Assembly (NCBI GenBank): GCA_963837465.1
Contig: CAWINB010000004.1
Location: forward strand, 330,853-394,852
DNA length: 64,000 nucleotides
From: Candidatus Doudnabacteria bacterium
GTDB lineage: Bacteria > Patescibacteriota > Doudnabacteria > UBA920
Direction: 5' to 3'
Shown one piece after another: positions 49,380-59,612 of the stretch (position 1 is the first letter of the stretch; each line of letters starts with the position of its first letter). The notes under the pieces are model-generated. The model ran no database searches. It worked only from the letters and a program-made list of their open reading frames with translations, and was not told the origin of the DNA. The position numbers and the translations under genes were made by a program.

Positions 49380-50210
49380 CTTAAAATTTCCGAAATACGG
49401 CCGCCGGTGTCGGAAACTTATGGTGTTGAGATTTCGCAGTCAGCGATTTCCGGCATCACGGATAAAGTTTTTCCACAAATGAAGGAATGGCAATCCAAAC
49501 CGCTGTCGTCATTATATCCGTTGCTTTATTTGGACGGTCTGTGGTTTAAAGTTAGGGATAGCGGCAAAATTGTAACCAAGTGTGCCTATATTGCTTTGGG
49601 TATTTGGATTTGCGAGAGCGAGGGCGCAAAATTTTGGTTACAGGTTTTGAGCGAGATAAAAAATCGGGGCGTGGAGTCTGTGCTTATTGCTTGCGTGGAC
49701 GGCTTGAAAAGTTTTCCCGAAGCTATTAAAACTGTGTTCCCGGAAGCCGAGGTGCAAGCCTGCATAGTTCACCAAATTCGTCACACCATAAAGTTCGTGT
49801 CCCACAAAGACCGAAAAACTTTATGCGAAGATTTAAAGAGCGTTTATGCTGCACCATCTGAGGTGGTTGGGTTACAGGCTTTGGAGGAGGTTAAGCAAAA
49901 GTGGCCCCAATACAGTTTCTGCTTAAACAAGTGGGAACAGAGATGGACTGACCTTGCGCCATTCTTTGGCTATCCCGAGCAGATTCGGCGGATAATGTAT
50001 ACCACTAACGCCATAGAAAACCTAAACCGCCAGTTTCGCAAAGTCACCAAGACCACGCAGGTCTTTCCGCACGATGACTCTCTGCTTAAATTGCTCTGGC
50101 TGGCGCAGGACGAGTTGGCAAGGAACTGGGTTATGCCCATGCATAACTGGGGTCAAATTATCACCCAGTTTGCTATCCTGTTTCCAGATAAAATAAATAC
50201 AGAAAATTAA
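49380..50210 (+). pseudogene. IS256-family (mutator-type) transposase, N-terminally truncated
   Basis: LYLDGLWFKV...IACVDGLKSFPEAIKTVFPEAEVQACIVHQIRH matches the IS256 DDE region. About 100 aa of the N-terminus are missing. The annotated ORF start at 49209 runs antisense through the integrase fragment. Confidence 0.65.
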
Positions 50211-50382
50211 TTATTAACTGAACTTTCCCAAATTTGCCCGGCGGTAGAATAGCTCAAAAACCTTAAAGAATTTGGGCAAAATGGGCTATTTACAGCCTAT
50301 GTGGGTATCTCACTTGCAACAGTTTCGATTATATGTTAATATGGTTCTGAAAGATACGGTTAATCGTATCTAATGGAAACAT

Positions 50383-51003
50383 ATGCAGTTTTACGAACTT
50401 AAGGAACAATTAAAGGATTTTATGGTTTTTTCCTTAGCCGATATTCGGAAGGTAGAGCCGAAGTTTTACAGGCCACGCTTGAGTGAGTGGCAGGATAAGG
50501 GTTTGCTGAAGAACTTGCGCCGGGGCTTTTATATGTTCGCCGATACAAAGCTAAATGAAGAAACGTTTTTTTTAATCGCCAATAAGCTCTATGCGCCGTC
50601 CTACGTTTCCTTTGAAATGGCCTTGTCTTATTACAACTTAATTCCTGAAGGCGTATATTCCATAACTTCTGCTACGAGCAAGAAGACAGAAAAGTTTAAG
50701 ACGCCGGTTGGGGAATTTTCCTACCGCAGCTTAAAGCCGCAGCTGTTGTTTGGTTACAATTTGCAGGGCAACGGCAAGCAGCAATACAAGTTGGCGGAAA
50801 TTGAAAAGGCAGTTTTAGATTATCTTTACTTAAATCCAAAGTCTACCAGCAAGGCGGATTTGCAGGAGTGGAGATTTAATGCCCGGGAATTTTTAGCCCG
50901 AGCGGATATGGACAAGTTTAATAGGTATGTTAAAGTTTTTAATAGCCCAAGTTTGGAAAGACGGGCAAAGCAATTTATAAAGTTTATTAAGCAAGCACAA
51001 TAA
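50383..51003 (+). CDS. abiEi: AbiEi-family antitoxin/transcriptional regulator
   Basis: 206 aa directly upstream of, and overlapping, an AbiEii-type nucleotidyltransferase. Size and position match AbiEi. Confidence 0.55.
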   Translation: MQFYELKEQLKDFMVFSLADIRKVEPKFYRPRLSEWQDKGLLKNLRRGFYMFADTKLNEETFFLIANKLYAPSYVSFEMALSYYNLIPEGVYSITSATSKKTEKFKTPVGEFSYRSLKPQLLFGYNLQGNGKQQYKLAEIEKAVLDYLYLNPKSTSKADLQEWRFNAREFLARADMDKFNRYVKVFNSPSLERRAKQFIKFIKQAQ

Positions 51004-51779
51004 TGCTGACTTTAGAACAAATTGAACAGCAGTATCCGGAAAACTTACGAGGCTTTAAGCGTTCGCTGCTTCGGGAGTATTTGCAGTATAAGATTTTAGA
51101 AATTATTTTTGCCTCTGAGTATGCCACCAAGTTAGTTTTTATCGGCGGCACGGCTTTAAGGATAGTTCACGACAACAGTCGTTTTTCGGAAGATGTGGAC
51201 TTTGATAATTTCGGATTAACGGCAGCCGAGTTTGAGGAGACATCGCAAAAGGTTAAGGCAGGACTTACAGCGGAAGGGTTTAATGTTGAAATAGGCTTTA
51301 GGGGTAAGGAATCCTACCGCTGTGATGTAAAGTTTCCCGGCTTACTCTTTGGGAGCGGACTTTCGCAGCACGAAGGCGAAAAGATACTGGTGCAAATAGA
51401 TAGTTTATCCCAAGGCTTTAGCTATAAGCCTGAACGTAAGATATTAAACAAGTTTGATGTTTTTACGGAAATTTTTACCCCTTCGCCCGAGTTATTACTA
51501 TCTCAAAAGATTAACGCTATTTTTACACGGAAGCGGGCAAAGGGCAGGGACTTTTATGATGTTGTGTTTTTACTATCCTTTACAAAGCCAAACTATCAGT
51601 TTTTGACGCAAAAGTGGGGAATTGAGAATGGTGAGGGATTAAGAGCAAAGCTAATGGAAATGGCTTCCAAGCTCGATTTTAAGGATTTGGCACGGGATGT
51701 AGAGCCGTTTCTATTCAATCCGAGTGACAGTAAGAAGGTTGAGTTATTCGCGGATTTTATTAAGCAAGCTAAGTTGTAA
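51003..51779 (+). CDS. abiEii: AbiEii/AbiGii-family nucleotidyltransferase toxin
   Basis: FIGGTALRIVHDNSRFSEDVDFD, the GG..L....RfS.DvD NTase motif of DUF1814/AbiEii. Length is 258 aa. Confidence 0.7.
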   Translation: MLTLEQIEQQYPENLRGFKRSLLREYLQYKILEIIFASEYATKLVFIGGTALRIVHDNSRFSEDVDFDNFGLTAAEFEETSQKVKAGLTAEGFNVEIGFRGKESYRCDVKFPGLLFGSGLSQHEGEKILVQIDSLSQGFSYKPERKILNKFDVFTEIFTPSPELLLSQKINAIFTRKRAKGRDFYDVVFLLSFTKPNYQFLTQKWGIENGEGLRAKLMEMASKLDFKDLARDVEPFLFNPSDSKKVELFADFIKQAKL

Positions 51780-51782
51780 GTT

Positions 51783-51865
51783 AGCAATTAATTGATCTTT
51801 TAAATTTTTAATACAGTAGTAGTTTGTCAGGCAATTTCCGTTTACAACGGCTCAGAAACACCTCC
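51783..51865 (+). repeat. right arm type 1 (second copy) plus partial core cacctcc (51859-51865)
   Basis: Identical over about 78 bp to 34585-34662. After cacctcc the sequence diverges (ctccggctacag). Confidence 0.75.
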
Positions 51866-52558
51866 CTCCGGCTACAGAAAATGCAAATACAGAAACTGTC
51901 CAAGAATGAAATCGCCCGCTCGTAATTGAGAGGGTTTTTGATTATAAGAGACCGATGGGTTGTGGTTCATGTTACCTCTGGACAGTTTTCGGCCGTAGGT
52001 TATAATTAAGGCAAGATATTAACTAATTATTATATGGGGACTTATGCAGGAGGCAGGCCAGGTGGAGAAGTTGACCCGGGGCTTATTGCCGGTCAAATTT
52101 TGGACAAATCAAAAAAAGGCGAAAGCAAACAGAAACAGCCTTTAGCCGAGGCTCTTGCTGATAAGGCATTATCGCGAGACCAGATGTTTCAAAAGCTGTA
52201 TAGTATGGTGCCAGCAATGGAACGCTATGCCGAATCACGGCTCGGCAGCCATAAAGCCAATGCGGCCGACATTGTGAGCAAGGCCATGGCCTACGTGATT
52301 CAGAGTGCAAGCGTTACCTTTTGGGTGCTTATTTCCGGAAATTTTTTTACGAAAAAACTTAATCAAAATCGCAATGTTCAAGAAATACGCGTGTTTTGAA
52401 ATTTTCATTTCAACACACACATATCCCTTGAAGCAACTTAACTAGTTAAACCACGATTTTTTGTCTTAATTGTGTTTTAAAAATACAATCTCACGCACCC
52501 AAAAGGTAACGCTCTCATTCAGAGTATAGATAACGGGGTTTTTCGGTTTAATGCGCCG

Positions 52559-52891
52559 TTGAGCAGTTGGTTTAAAATCTCGGTAAATGGGCGCATCCAG
52601 GATCGTTTTCGGTCGGCAACTAACGACCCCTTGGATCGAGCGGAAAGCATGGATGCGCCTATGGAGTCGGCAAAAGGGGATGAAAGCTATCGCCAGTATG
52701 CTGATTCTACTCCAAATATCGAGGAAAAGTTGGTGGCACAATCCAACGAACAGGCGCTTAAAAGAGGTATCGCCGTGCTCCTAAAACAGAACCAAAAACT
52801 TGGCGACGTTATGAGTTTGGTTGCCGACGGTTTAACCAACCAAGAAATCGCTGAGCGGCTAGGCGTTAATAGCAACCAAGTCAAAGTATAA
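52559..52891 (+). CDS. LuxR/GerE-type HTH regulator (C-terminal HTH)
   Basis: LVADGLTNQEIAERLGVNSNQVKV at the C-terminus. Length is 110 aa. Confidence 0.5.
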   Translation: MSSWFKISVNGRIQDRFRSATNDPLDRAESMDAPMESAKGDESYRQYADSTPNIEEKLVAQSNEQALKRGIAVLLKQNQKLGDVMSLVADGLTNQEIAERLGVNSNQVKV

Positions 52892-52965
52892 TGGACTGGG
52901 AATCCTGTACAGGTATATTAGATAGAAAATCGGGGGTATAATACTGTCAGGAAGGAATAACAAAA

Positions 52966-53256
52966 ATGAAAAAGGTGTTTACCCCGCAGCAGAAAGCTGC
53001 GGTAGCCCTGGAGGCCATTAAGGGCGAATTAACAATTGCACAGATTGCCAGTCAATACGAAGTTCATCCCACTCAGATCGCAGTCTGGAAGAAACAGGCC
53101 ATAGAGATTTTAAAGGCCGGCTTTACCGATAAGCGTAAAAAGGAAAATTTTGACCAGCAGAGGATAACTGATGACCTCTACAAGACCATCGGCCAGCGCG
53201 ACATGGAGCTGGCCTGGCTTAAAAAAAAGTTGCAGCCATTTGGACTTTCAGACTAA
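52966..53256 (+). CDS. IS3-family transposase OrfA
   Basis: 96 aa: LTIAQIASQYEVHPTQIAVWKKQ (HTH) plus a leucine zipper. Confidence 0.7.
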   Translation: MKKVFTPQQKAAVALEAIKGELTIAQIASQYEVHPTQIAVWKKQAIEILKAGFTDKRKKENFDQQRITDDLYKTIGQRDMELAWLKKKLQPFGLSD

Positions 53257-53700
53257 ACAGAATTTAATTATTCCCGGTCTCCAAGGCCTTTCCATTGCCA
53301 GGCAAGCAAAGCTCCTTAATATTTCCCGCTCCGGTTTTTACTACAAGCCCGCGTCCCTAAGCCCTGAAGAAATTCGCATCATGGGCTGTATAGATAAAAT
53401 CTTTACCGATTGCCCATTCTACGGCTCCCGCAGGATCAAGCACGAGCTGGAAAGTCAGCCGTACAAAATTTTCATCTGTCGAGAGCATGTGCAACATCTT
53501 ATGCGCCAGATGGGACTGGAAGCTATATATCCAAAAAAAATTACTACCATACCTAACCTGCAGCACCTTAAATACCCCTACTTGTTAAAAAATTTGCCTA
53601 TTGTGAGGCCTAACCAGGTCTGGGGCACGGATATTACCTACATTAAGCTACTCGGCGGCTTCTGTTATTTAGTCGCCTTACTGGACTGGTTTTCCCGATA
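53171..53700 (+). pseudogene. IS3-family transposase OrfB, truncated after the first part of the rve domain
   Basis: Homology (..VWGTDITYIKLLGGFCYLVALLDWFSRY) stops at about 53700. The remainder of the 53171..54139 ORF is unrelated low-complexity sequence. Confidence 0.6.
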
Positions 53701-54525
53701 CGGGGAATATAGGGATACAAAAAATCAACCGTACATAGAACTGCAAAAATCCGGGTGGAAAGGTGAATTAGGTCAAGAGCTAAAAAATAGATTTAGCTCT
53801 GCCTCTGAACAATCGCATGCAAACTTGTTTAAAATGATGTTTTGGAGAGGCTCAAGAACAGAAAAAGAAAATGGTCAATTTAAGATAGTAGATCGTTTTG
53901 AATTTTTTGACAATCCAAACCCGCCAGATTGGATGATAACTAACCTCCACTGGCTGATAGACACCTCTTTTACCATACTGATTTTGTTGTCAGAAACTTT
54001 TCAGGAACCTCAAAAAAACAGTGATTTTAAAAAAGCAGTACAGACTAAATATTCAAAGTATAAAAAATACATACTTGAGAACCAGGACAAAATATTGATT
54101 AGACATAAGCTCACATATATTCCAGAAGAAGAAGTTTAATTTTTTGGTCAAACTCCACTGTCGATATTTTATAATTGATTTGTTATGACCGTTGGTTGTT
54201 TTTTAAAATTTTTGTTATAGTTTTATCGGAGTAGTGAGAGTTGGTGTTTTTAGCCCTTTTGGCTAAAACACTGCCGTGTAATAAGTCCGCCATCCGCCTT
54301 GTGCGGTGGATTTGCCCGAGTAGGGTGAAAGGTGCGGTTAAAAGCGGCAGTGGCTTACGGGTCCACCAAGAGTTCAGCCGAGCAATAACTGGAGCAAAAC
54401 CGAGGGCTGGAAAGCGAAATAGGATTTTCCTCTCGCTTGCTACTCCCGCAAAGAACTTCCAATTTTGGGAGTTTTTTGTTTTTAAACAATAGGGAATATG
54501 GAGGTATTGTTATAAACACCTCATT

Positions 54526-55152
54526 TTGTGGTATAGTATAGGTATGAAAATGTTGCTTGAATTTGACTACAAAAAAGCCACCCAAGCGATAAACTACCTC
54601 ACAAAAAAAGAGGGCGGACAGATTGATAAACTGAAACTCATTAAGCTTGTCTACCTCGCAGATAGGTATCACTTGCGGCGATATGGTCGGCCGATGGTCA
54701 ACGATGCCTATTTTGCCATGCCTCTCGGCCCAGTTGGTTCATCCGTAAAAGACATTGCGGAGTTTTCTGGTTTTCTTGATGGGTCAGAACTAACCTATGC
54801 TGTAACATATTTGGGACGCGGGGGCGTTGAAAATACAGTGGTGTCCATAGCAGATGTTGATACGGGAGTTTTTTCAAAGAGCGAAATCGAAGCTCTTGAT
54901 TTTGCCTATAATGAGTTTGGCGGACAATCAGCCCCGTCTTTAGTAAATATTACACATCGCTATCCGGAATGGGATAAATTTAAGAGTGCGCTCCAATCAA
55001 AAGAAACAACCCGTGAGCCGATGTCTTATACTGATTTTTTTAAAAACCCCATCAATGGGACAGAAGATAAATTTGTCCTCTCAAGTGACATACTTGCGGC
55101 TTCCAAAGAACTTTTTGATGAAGACTACAAGATTGCCGAATACTGGAGATAA
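54526..55152 (+). CDS. Panacea-domain (DUF4065, SocA-like) putative antitoxin
   Basis: KLKLIKLVYLADRYHLRRYGRPMVNDAYFAMPLGPV matches the Panacea domain signature. Length is 208 aa. Confidence 0.6.
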   Translation: MWYSIGMKMLLEFDYKKATQAINYLTKKEGGQIDKLKLIKLVYLADRYHLRRYGRPMVNDAYFAMPLGPVGSSVKDIAEFSGFLDGSELTYAVTYLGRGGVENTVVSIADVDTGVFSKSEIEALDFAYNEFGGQSAPSLVNITHRYPEWDKFKSALQSKETTREPMSYTDFFKNPINGTEDKFVLSSDILAASKELFDEDYKIAEYWR

Positions 55153-55173
55153 ACGGGATAACCGATATACGGA

Positions 55174-55627
55174 TATGAAAATCCCAGCGCACATTCGCAT
55201 TTTAGCGACAATACAACCTGGCTCGATTTATTATTTTGAAGAAGAGCAACTCTCTTCACCAGAGCCGCACTACTTCATAGTTTTGAATAAAGACCCGCTC
55301 ACAGAGGAATTTCTTATTCTTGTTTGCGCTTCTTCCCAAGTTGAGAAGCGTCGGCAGATAGCAATAAAGCTGGGCTTTCCAAAAGAAACTTTGGTATTTG
55401 TATCACCATCCGAATGCTCGCTTTTCACAAAGGATACCGTTATAGATTGCAACAGGGTTTTTGAAAAAACTTCGCAGTCTCTCATTGAAAAACTTGAGCA
55501 AGAGAATCTCAAAGTATGCGCAGAAGTAATTGCCACAGAGATTATCGCCAAACTGATACAGGGAGTGTTGGCAAGCTCGCAAGTATCCGAAAAGATACAG
55601 CAATTACTCTTAAATCATACCAACTAA
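55174..55627 (+). CDS. hypothetical protein, candidate toxin partner of the Panacea protein
   Basis: Probable start MKIPAHIR, inside the 54986..55627 track ORF. Immediately downstream of and overlapping the Panacea gene. Confidence 0.35.
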
Positions 55628-56587
55628 GCCCCGGGCTTAAAAATCCTATGCATAGTCAGCCAGCGTAAACTTTAGCAAACCTTGTTCGAACCTCTCTGCA
55701 GGTGGCGAGCCACATGGGACGAACAACCTCGAAAGAGGGGGTTCGTCCTTTGTTTATCGATGGATTCTTTTGTTCGAACCTTGCAGATGCCTTTGGTTCT
55801 TGCTTGATGCCATTTTTTATTATTTCCAGCTCTTCAGGCAAGCAAACATTGAGGATTTTGTTGATTAGGGTTGTGTTCGAACCTAATTCCGAAAGTATCT
55901 CTCGTTTCTTTTTAATATCGCCGTGCTTCAACAAATATTTGGCTTGGAACACAAAATCACCGTACGGCAGTGGCGACACCAAATTGTAGTAGAACCTAAA
56001 TTAACAAAATAAATCTCTCTTGCCTGAAGAGAGATTATTGGTGTTAGTTTTGGTTTTGGTAGATTTTTTGGTTTAGCCATTGGCTTGGACAATTTTTTGC
56101 AGATCGAGAGGTTCGTCTTTTTTTGCGTTTTTCATTGGCGCGGTATCGTATACATATTTAAGCAACGAATCCAAGGTAAACGAACCAAACTGTTTTATTA
56201 TGGTATCAACGATGTCTTTTTTTACCGGTGCTATATTCAACTCTACTGGCTTGCCGGTATATTGGAAAAGAAAATAGACTTCATCGGGATGGGATACTTT
56301 ATTTTGTTGTTTGACCTCAATAAATTTATGGGCTTCAAGTGGGCACAGTCATAGTTGAAAGTCAGGGATGAAAAGCAATTCCGAAGCACCAAGTTTTTGC
56401 CAGCCGGGGCCGACATAAAAACTTCACAGTTCATTTATGGTAATACCCTGGCTATTATTTCCCTCAATAAGCGCAAGCCCGTAGCCATAATCATGGAAGA
56501 CCCGGATAGTGGATGTTACCAATCTGCCGCGAGGAACCTTTATTGAATCGTGTTATAATAAAGGAAATTAACCCATTAGAAATAAAT

Positions 56588-57043
56588 ATGAAAATCCATA
56601 CCCAGACTGATAAAGAGAGGCAGCAGCAGTTAAAGCTGTTTTATGATTTCATAAGATCGCACAAGCTGGCGGTTATGGCTACGGTAACCGGAAGCGCTTT
56701 GCCTGAAGCTGCGGTGGTAGGCATTGGGGTGGAGGAAAACTTGCAATTGCTTTGCAGCACTTTCAGCACCTCCAGGAAATATGAAAATATTAAACTGAAT
56801 CCGAAAGTCGCGTTGGTCATTGGCTGGGAACACGGTAAAACGGTGCAGTACGAGGGGACGGCCGAGGAGTTAAGTATTGAGCAGGCCGAAGAAAATCCGC
56901 TGCGGGACGGATTGGAAAAAATACCGGCCATTGCCAAGTATGTACAAAGGGAATACGGCGTGTTCTATAAAATTAAGCCAGAGTGGGTTAGAATGAGCGA
57001 TTTATCGGTAGACCCATGGGAACGGTTTGAAATTAAGTTTTAA
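56588..57043 (+). CDS. pyridoxamine 5'-phosphate oxidase-like FMN-binding split-barrel protein
   Basis: LAVMATVTGSALPEAAVVGIGVEENLQLLCSTFSTSRKYENIKLNPKVALVIGW, a PNPOx-like pattern. Confidence 0.5.
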   Translation: MKIHTQTDKERQQQLKLFYDFIRSHKLAVMATVTGSALPEAAVVGIGVEENLQLLCSTFSTSRKYENIKLNPKVALVIGWEHGKTVQYEGTAEELSIEQAEENPLRDGLEKIPAIAKYVQREYGVFYKIKPEWVRMSDLSVDPWERFEIKF

Positions 57044-57080
57044 CTAAAAATAATTAAGAACCTGTTTTAAAACAAAACAT

Positions 57081-57638
57081 ATGAACGAAACACAAAATGT
57101 TGTGCAAATCCCCGAGCCGGCCTTGTCGCGGTTTTTATTCGCCGACAGCCGCTTTGCCTGGTTCTGGCTTATCGTCAGGTTGTATGTCGGCTGGCAGTGG
57201 CTTTCGGCAGCTTGGGAAAAATTCAACAGCCCCATGTGGGTGGGTAGTCAGGCTGGTGTTGCCATTAAAGGCTTTCTTATGGGTGCCGTGCAAAAAGCTG
57301 CCGGAGCTCATCCTGACGTTTCCGGATGGTATGCTGCTTTTTTGCAGAACTTTGCCATTCCCCACGCCGCGGCTTTTTCTTATGTGGTAACTTATGGCGA
57401 ATTGTTGGTAGGAATTGCCTTGATTTTGGGCGTGCTTACGGGTATAGCGGCTTTCTTTGGCACGTTTATGAACTTGAATTATTTGTTTGCCGGAACCGTC
57501 AGCATCAATCCTTTATTGGCCGTATTAGGATTGTTCTTGATTTTGGCTTGGCGCACAGCAGGCTGGTACGGGCTGGACCGCTGGTTGTTGCCAACCTTGG
57601 GCACGCCTTGGCAAGCAGGCAAAATATTTAAAGGTTAA
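57081..57638 (+). CDS. DoxX-family membrane protein
   Basis: 185 aa with 4 TM helices and a DoxX-like N-terminus (FAWFWLIVRLYVGWQWLSAAWEKF). Confidence 0.55.
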   Translation: MNETQNVVQIPEPALSRFLFADSRFAWFWLIVRLYVGWQWLSAAWEKFNSPMWVGSQAGVAIKGFLMGAVQKAAGAHPDVSGWYAAFLQNFAIPHAAAFSYVVTYGELLVGIALILGVLTGIAAFFGTFMNLNYLFAGTVSINPLLAVLGLFLILAWRTAGWYGLDRWLLPTLGTPWQAGKIFKG

Positions 57639-57678
57639 TAGGTTCTAGAAAAAATTAATCTTTACTATAATATGCAAT

Positions 57679-58470
57679 ATGCAACCATCCTTACAACAGC
57701 TTATAAACCTTAAAGACAAAACTGCCGTTGTTACCGGCGGCGCTATGGGCATTGGCTTTGGTATCGCGTATCGGCTTGCAGAAGCCGGAGCCAATGTAGT
57801 TGTCGCGGATATGAATGAGAAAGTTGGCAAGGCTTCAGCAAAGCAATTGGCTGATAAAGGCTGGAAAGCCGGCTTTGTCAAGGTTGATGTCTCTGATGAT
57901 TTGCAGGTAGGGGCGGCAGTGGAATTTGCCCGCAAAACCTACGGCGGCATTGATATTTTAGTCAATGACGCCGGCATTTATCCCATAGCTCCGATCATGC
58001 AAATGGCTGTGAAGGATTTTGAGAAAGTCCTTGCCGTAAATTTAAAGAGTGTTTTTCTTTTTACCAAAGCCGTGGCGCAAGTTATGATAGAGGACGGCAA
58101 GGGCGGTAAAATTATAAACATCACTTCCGTGGACGCTCTCCATCCTTCTTCGGTGGGTTTGGCTGTTTATGACGCTTCAAAGCATGGGCTGTGGGGTTTT
58201 ACCAAAAATACCGCCTTAGAACTGGCGCCGCATAACATTCAGGTTAATGCCATAGCCCCGGGCGGTATCGCTACACCCGGCACAGGAGCGGGCCAAGCGC
58301 AAACTCCGCAAATAGAGGCAGTCACCAAAGAATTTTTGAAAAAAATTCCCATGAAGCGCATGGGTGATCCCGACGACATCGGCAAAGTCGCCCTGTTCCT
58401 TGCTTCCGACCTTTCCAGCTACATGACCGGGTCACAGGTAGTGGTTGACGGAGGAGTTTTGCTGGCCTGA
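57679..58470 (+). CDS. SDR-family short-chain dehydrogenase/reductase
   Basis: TGGAMGIGFG (TGxxxGxG), NDAG, and YDASKHG (YxxxK). Length is 263 aa. Confidence 0.85.
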   Translation: MQPSLQQLINLKDKTAVVTGGAMGIGFGIAYRLAEAGANVVVADMNEKVGKASAKQLADKGWKAGFVKVDVSDDLQVGAAVEFARKTYGGIDILVNDAGIYPIAPIMQMAVKDFEKVLAVNLKSVFLFTKAVAQVMIEDGKGGKIINITSVDALHPSSVGLAVYDASKHGLWGFTKNTALELAPHNIQVNAIAPGGIATPGTGAGQAQTPQIEAVTKEFLKKIPMKRMGDPDDIGKVALFLASDLSSYMTGSQVVVDGGVLLA

Positions 58471-59072
58471 TAAATTATTATATAATCGCATGACCGGCTA
58501 CAAAGATGTTTTGGGTATTGTTACTTTATTAATCGCAGTAGTCAGCTACAGTTTTTATTTTAAAGATGTCTTTTTGGGCCATACCAGGCCGCAGCCTTTT
58601 TCTTGGTTTGTTTGGTCAGTCCTTTCTGCCGTAGCCTTTGCCGGCCAAATTGCCTCAACTGCCGGGCCGGGCGCTTGGATTACGGGATTTACTGCCAGTG
58701 GTGTGCCTTATCATTTCCGTAATAGCTTCCTTTAAAGGAGCAACGCAATTTAAAATTTTAGACTGGATTTCGCTGTTTGCGGCTTTAGCGGCGCTCCTGC
58801 TTTGGTATTGTACAAGGCAGCCGGTTTTGGCAGAGATGTTGGTAAGCGCGGCTTATGCGCTAGGTTTTATCCCAACCATTGTAAAAAGCTACAACAAGCC
58901 CCAAGAAGAAACGGCTACCACCTTTGGGCTAAATTCCATTAAGTTTGGCATTTCCATTTTTTCCTTAACCGTTTTTTCCGTTGCCACCTGGCTGTATCCG
59001 CTGACACTTTTTGTCTTAAATGGTTTATTTGCCATTATGCTGTTAGCGCGCCGTCAGCAAACGGCTGGTTGA
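58445..59072 (+). pseudogene. membrane protein split across two overlapping frames (frameshift near 58640-58735)
   Basis: ORFs 58445..58735 and 58638..59072 are both hydrophobic multi-TM and overlap in different frames. Either a frameshifted pseudogene or a sequencing error. Confidence 0.35.
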
Positions 59073-59120
59073 ATTAAAAGCAGGTTCTAGCTTAAAATCT
59101 GCCCGGCTATACGGAATATT

Positions 59121-59612
59121 GTGCCAAAGCGCATTGGTCCCTCATGTCGGCGATTTTCTAAATTAGTCATGAATCCCATAATTTTCCTTATCCTCAATCT
59201 GGCTTTAGCCTTTTATAACGTCGGTACCATCTGGGCCATGGAAGTGGATATTTTCCGCTCCTGGAAACTTGCGGGCGCTGATTTTCCCAAAGTCCAGGAA
59301 GTTCACTGGCGAAAACTTCCTTATTGGGTTTTTGCTCCGGTAGTTTCGGCCCTTTTAGGCGGCATCGTGCTGGTTTGGCATCACCCGGCCAACTCGCCAG
59401 CTTGGGGATACTTCGGAGCTTTGCTGTGCCAAGCCGCCTCTTTAATTTTAACCGCCATCTTTTGGGGGCAGTGGCAGGCAAAGCTGTCCAAAGATCCGCT
59501 CGGTCCTAACTGTTTGTACTTGCAGAAAATTTTAGCCACCCACTGGATCAGAACCTTGCTTGTCAATGCCTATGCTTTTATCTTGCTGGCATGGATGGTA
59601 AAAATCATATAA
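59121..59612 (+). CDS. membrane protein
   Basis: 163 aa with 4 predicted TM helices. Confidence 0.4.
   Translation: MPKRIGPSCRRFSKLVMNPIIFLILNLALAFYNVGTIWAMEVDIFRSWKLAGADFPKVQEVHWRKLPYWVFAPVVSALLGGIVLVWHHPANSPAWGYFGALLCQAASLILTAIFWGQWQAKLSKDPLGPNCLYLQKILATHWIRTLLVNAYAFILLAWMVKII

Larger units (their letters stand above)
47721..51865 (+). mobile_element. integrative island 3 (class-A integrase, class-B integrase fragment, IS256 remnant, AbiE)
   Basis: Left arm at 47739-47996. Right arm type 1 at 51783-51858, followed by a partial core. Confidence 0.6.

Noticed and set aside
49209-49380. N-terminal 57 aa of the annotated IS256 transposase ORF
   Set aside because: This part is the reverse-strand read-through of the integrase fragment. 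The real transposase homology begins at about 49380.
53700-54139. C-terminal 145 aa of ORF 53171..54139
   Set aside because: IS3 OrfB homology ends at about 53700. The remainder is unrelated Lys/Glu-rich sequence read in frame by chance or from a different fragment.
55684-55882. ttcgaac motifs resembling tRNA T-loops
   Set aside because: No acceptor or anticodon arm pairing around them. These are palindromic repeats, not tRNAs.
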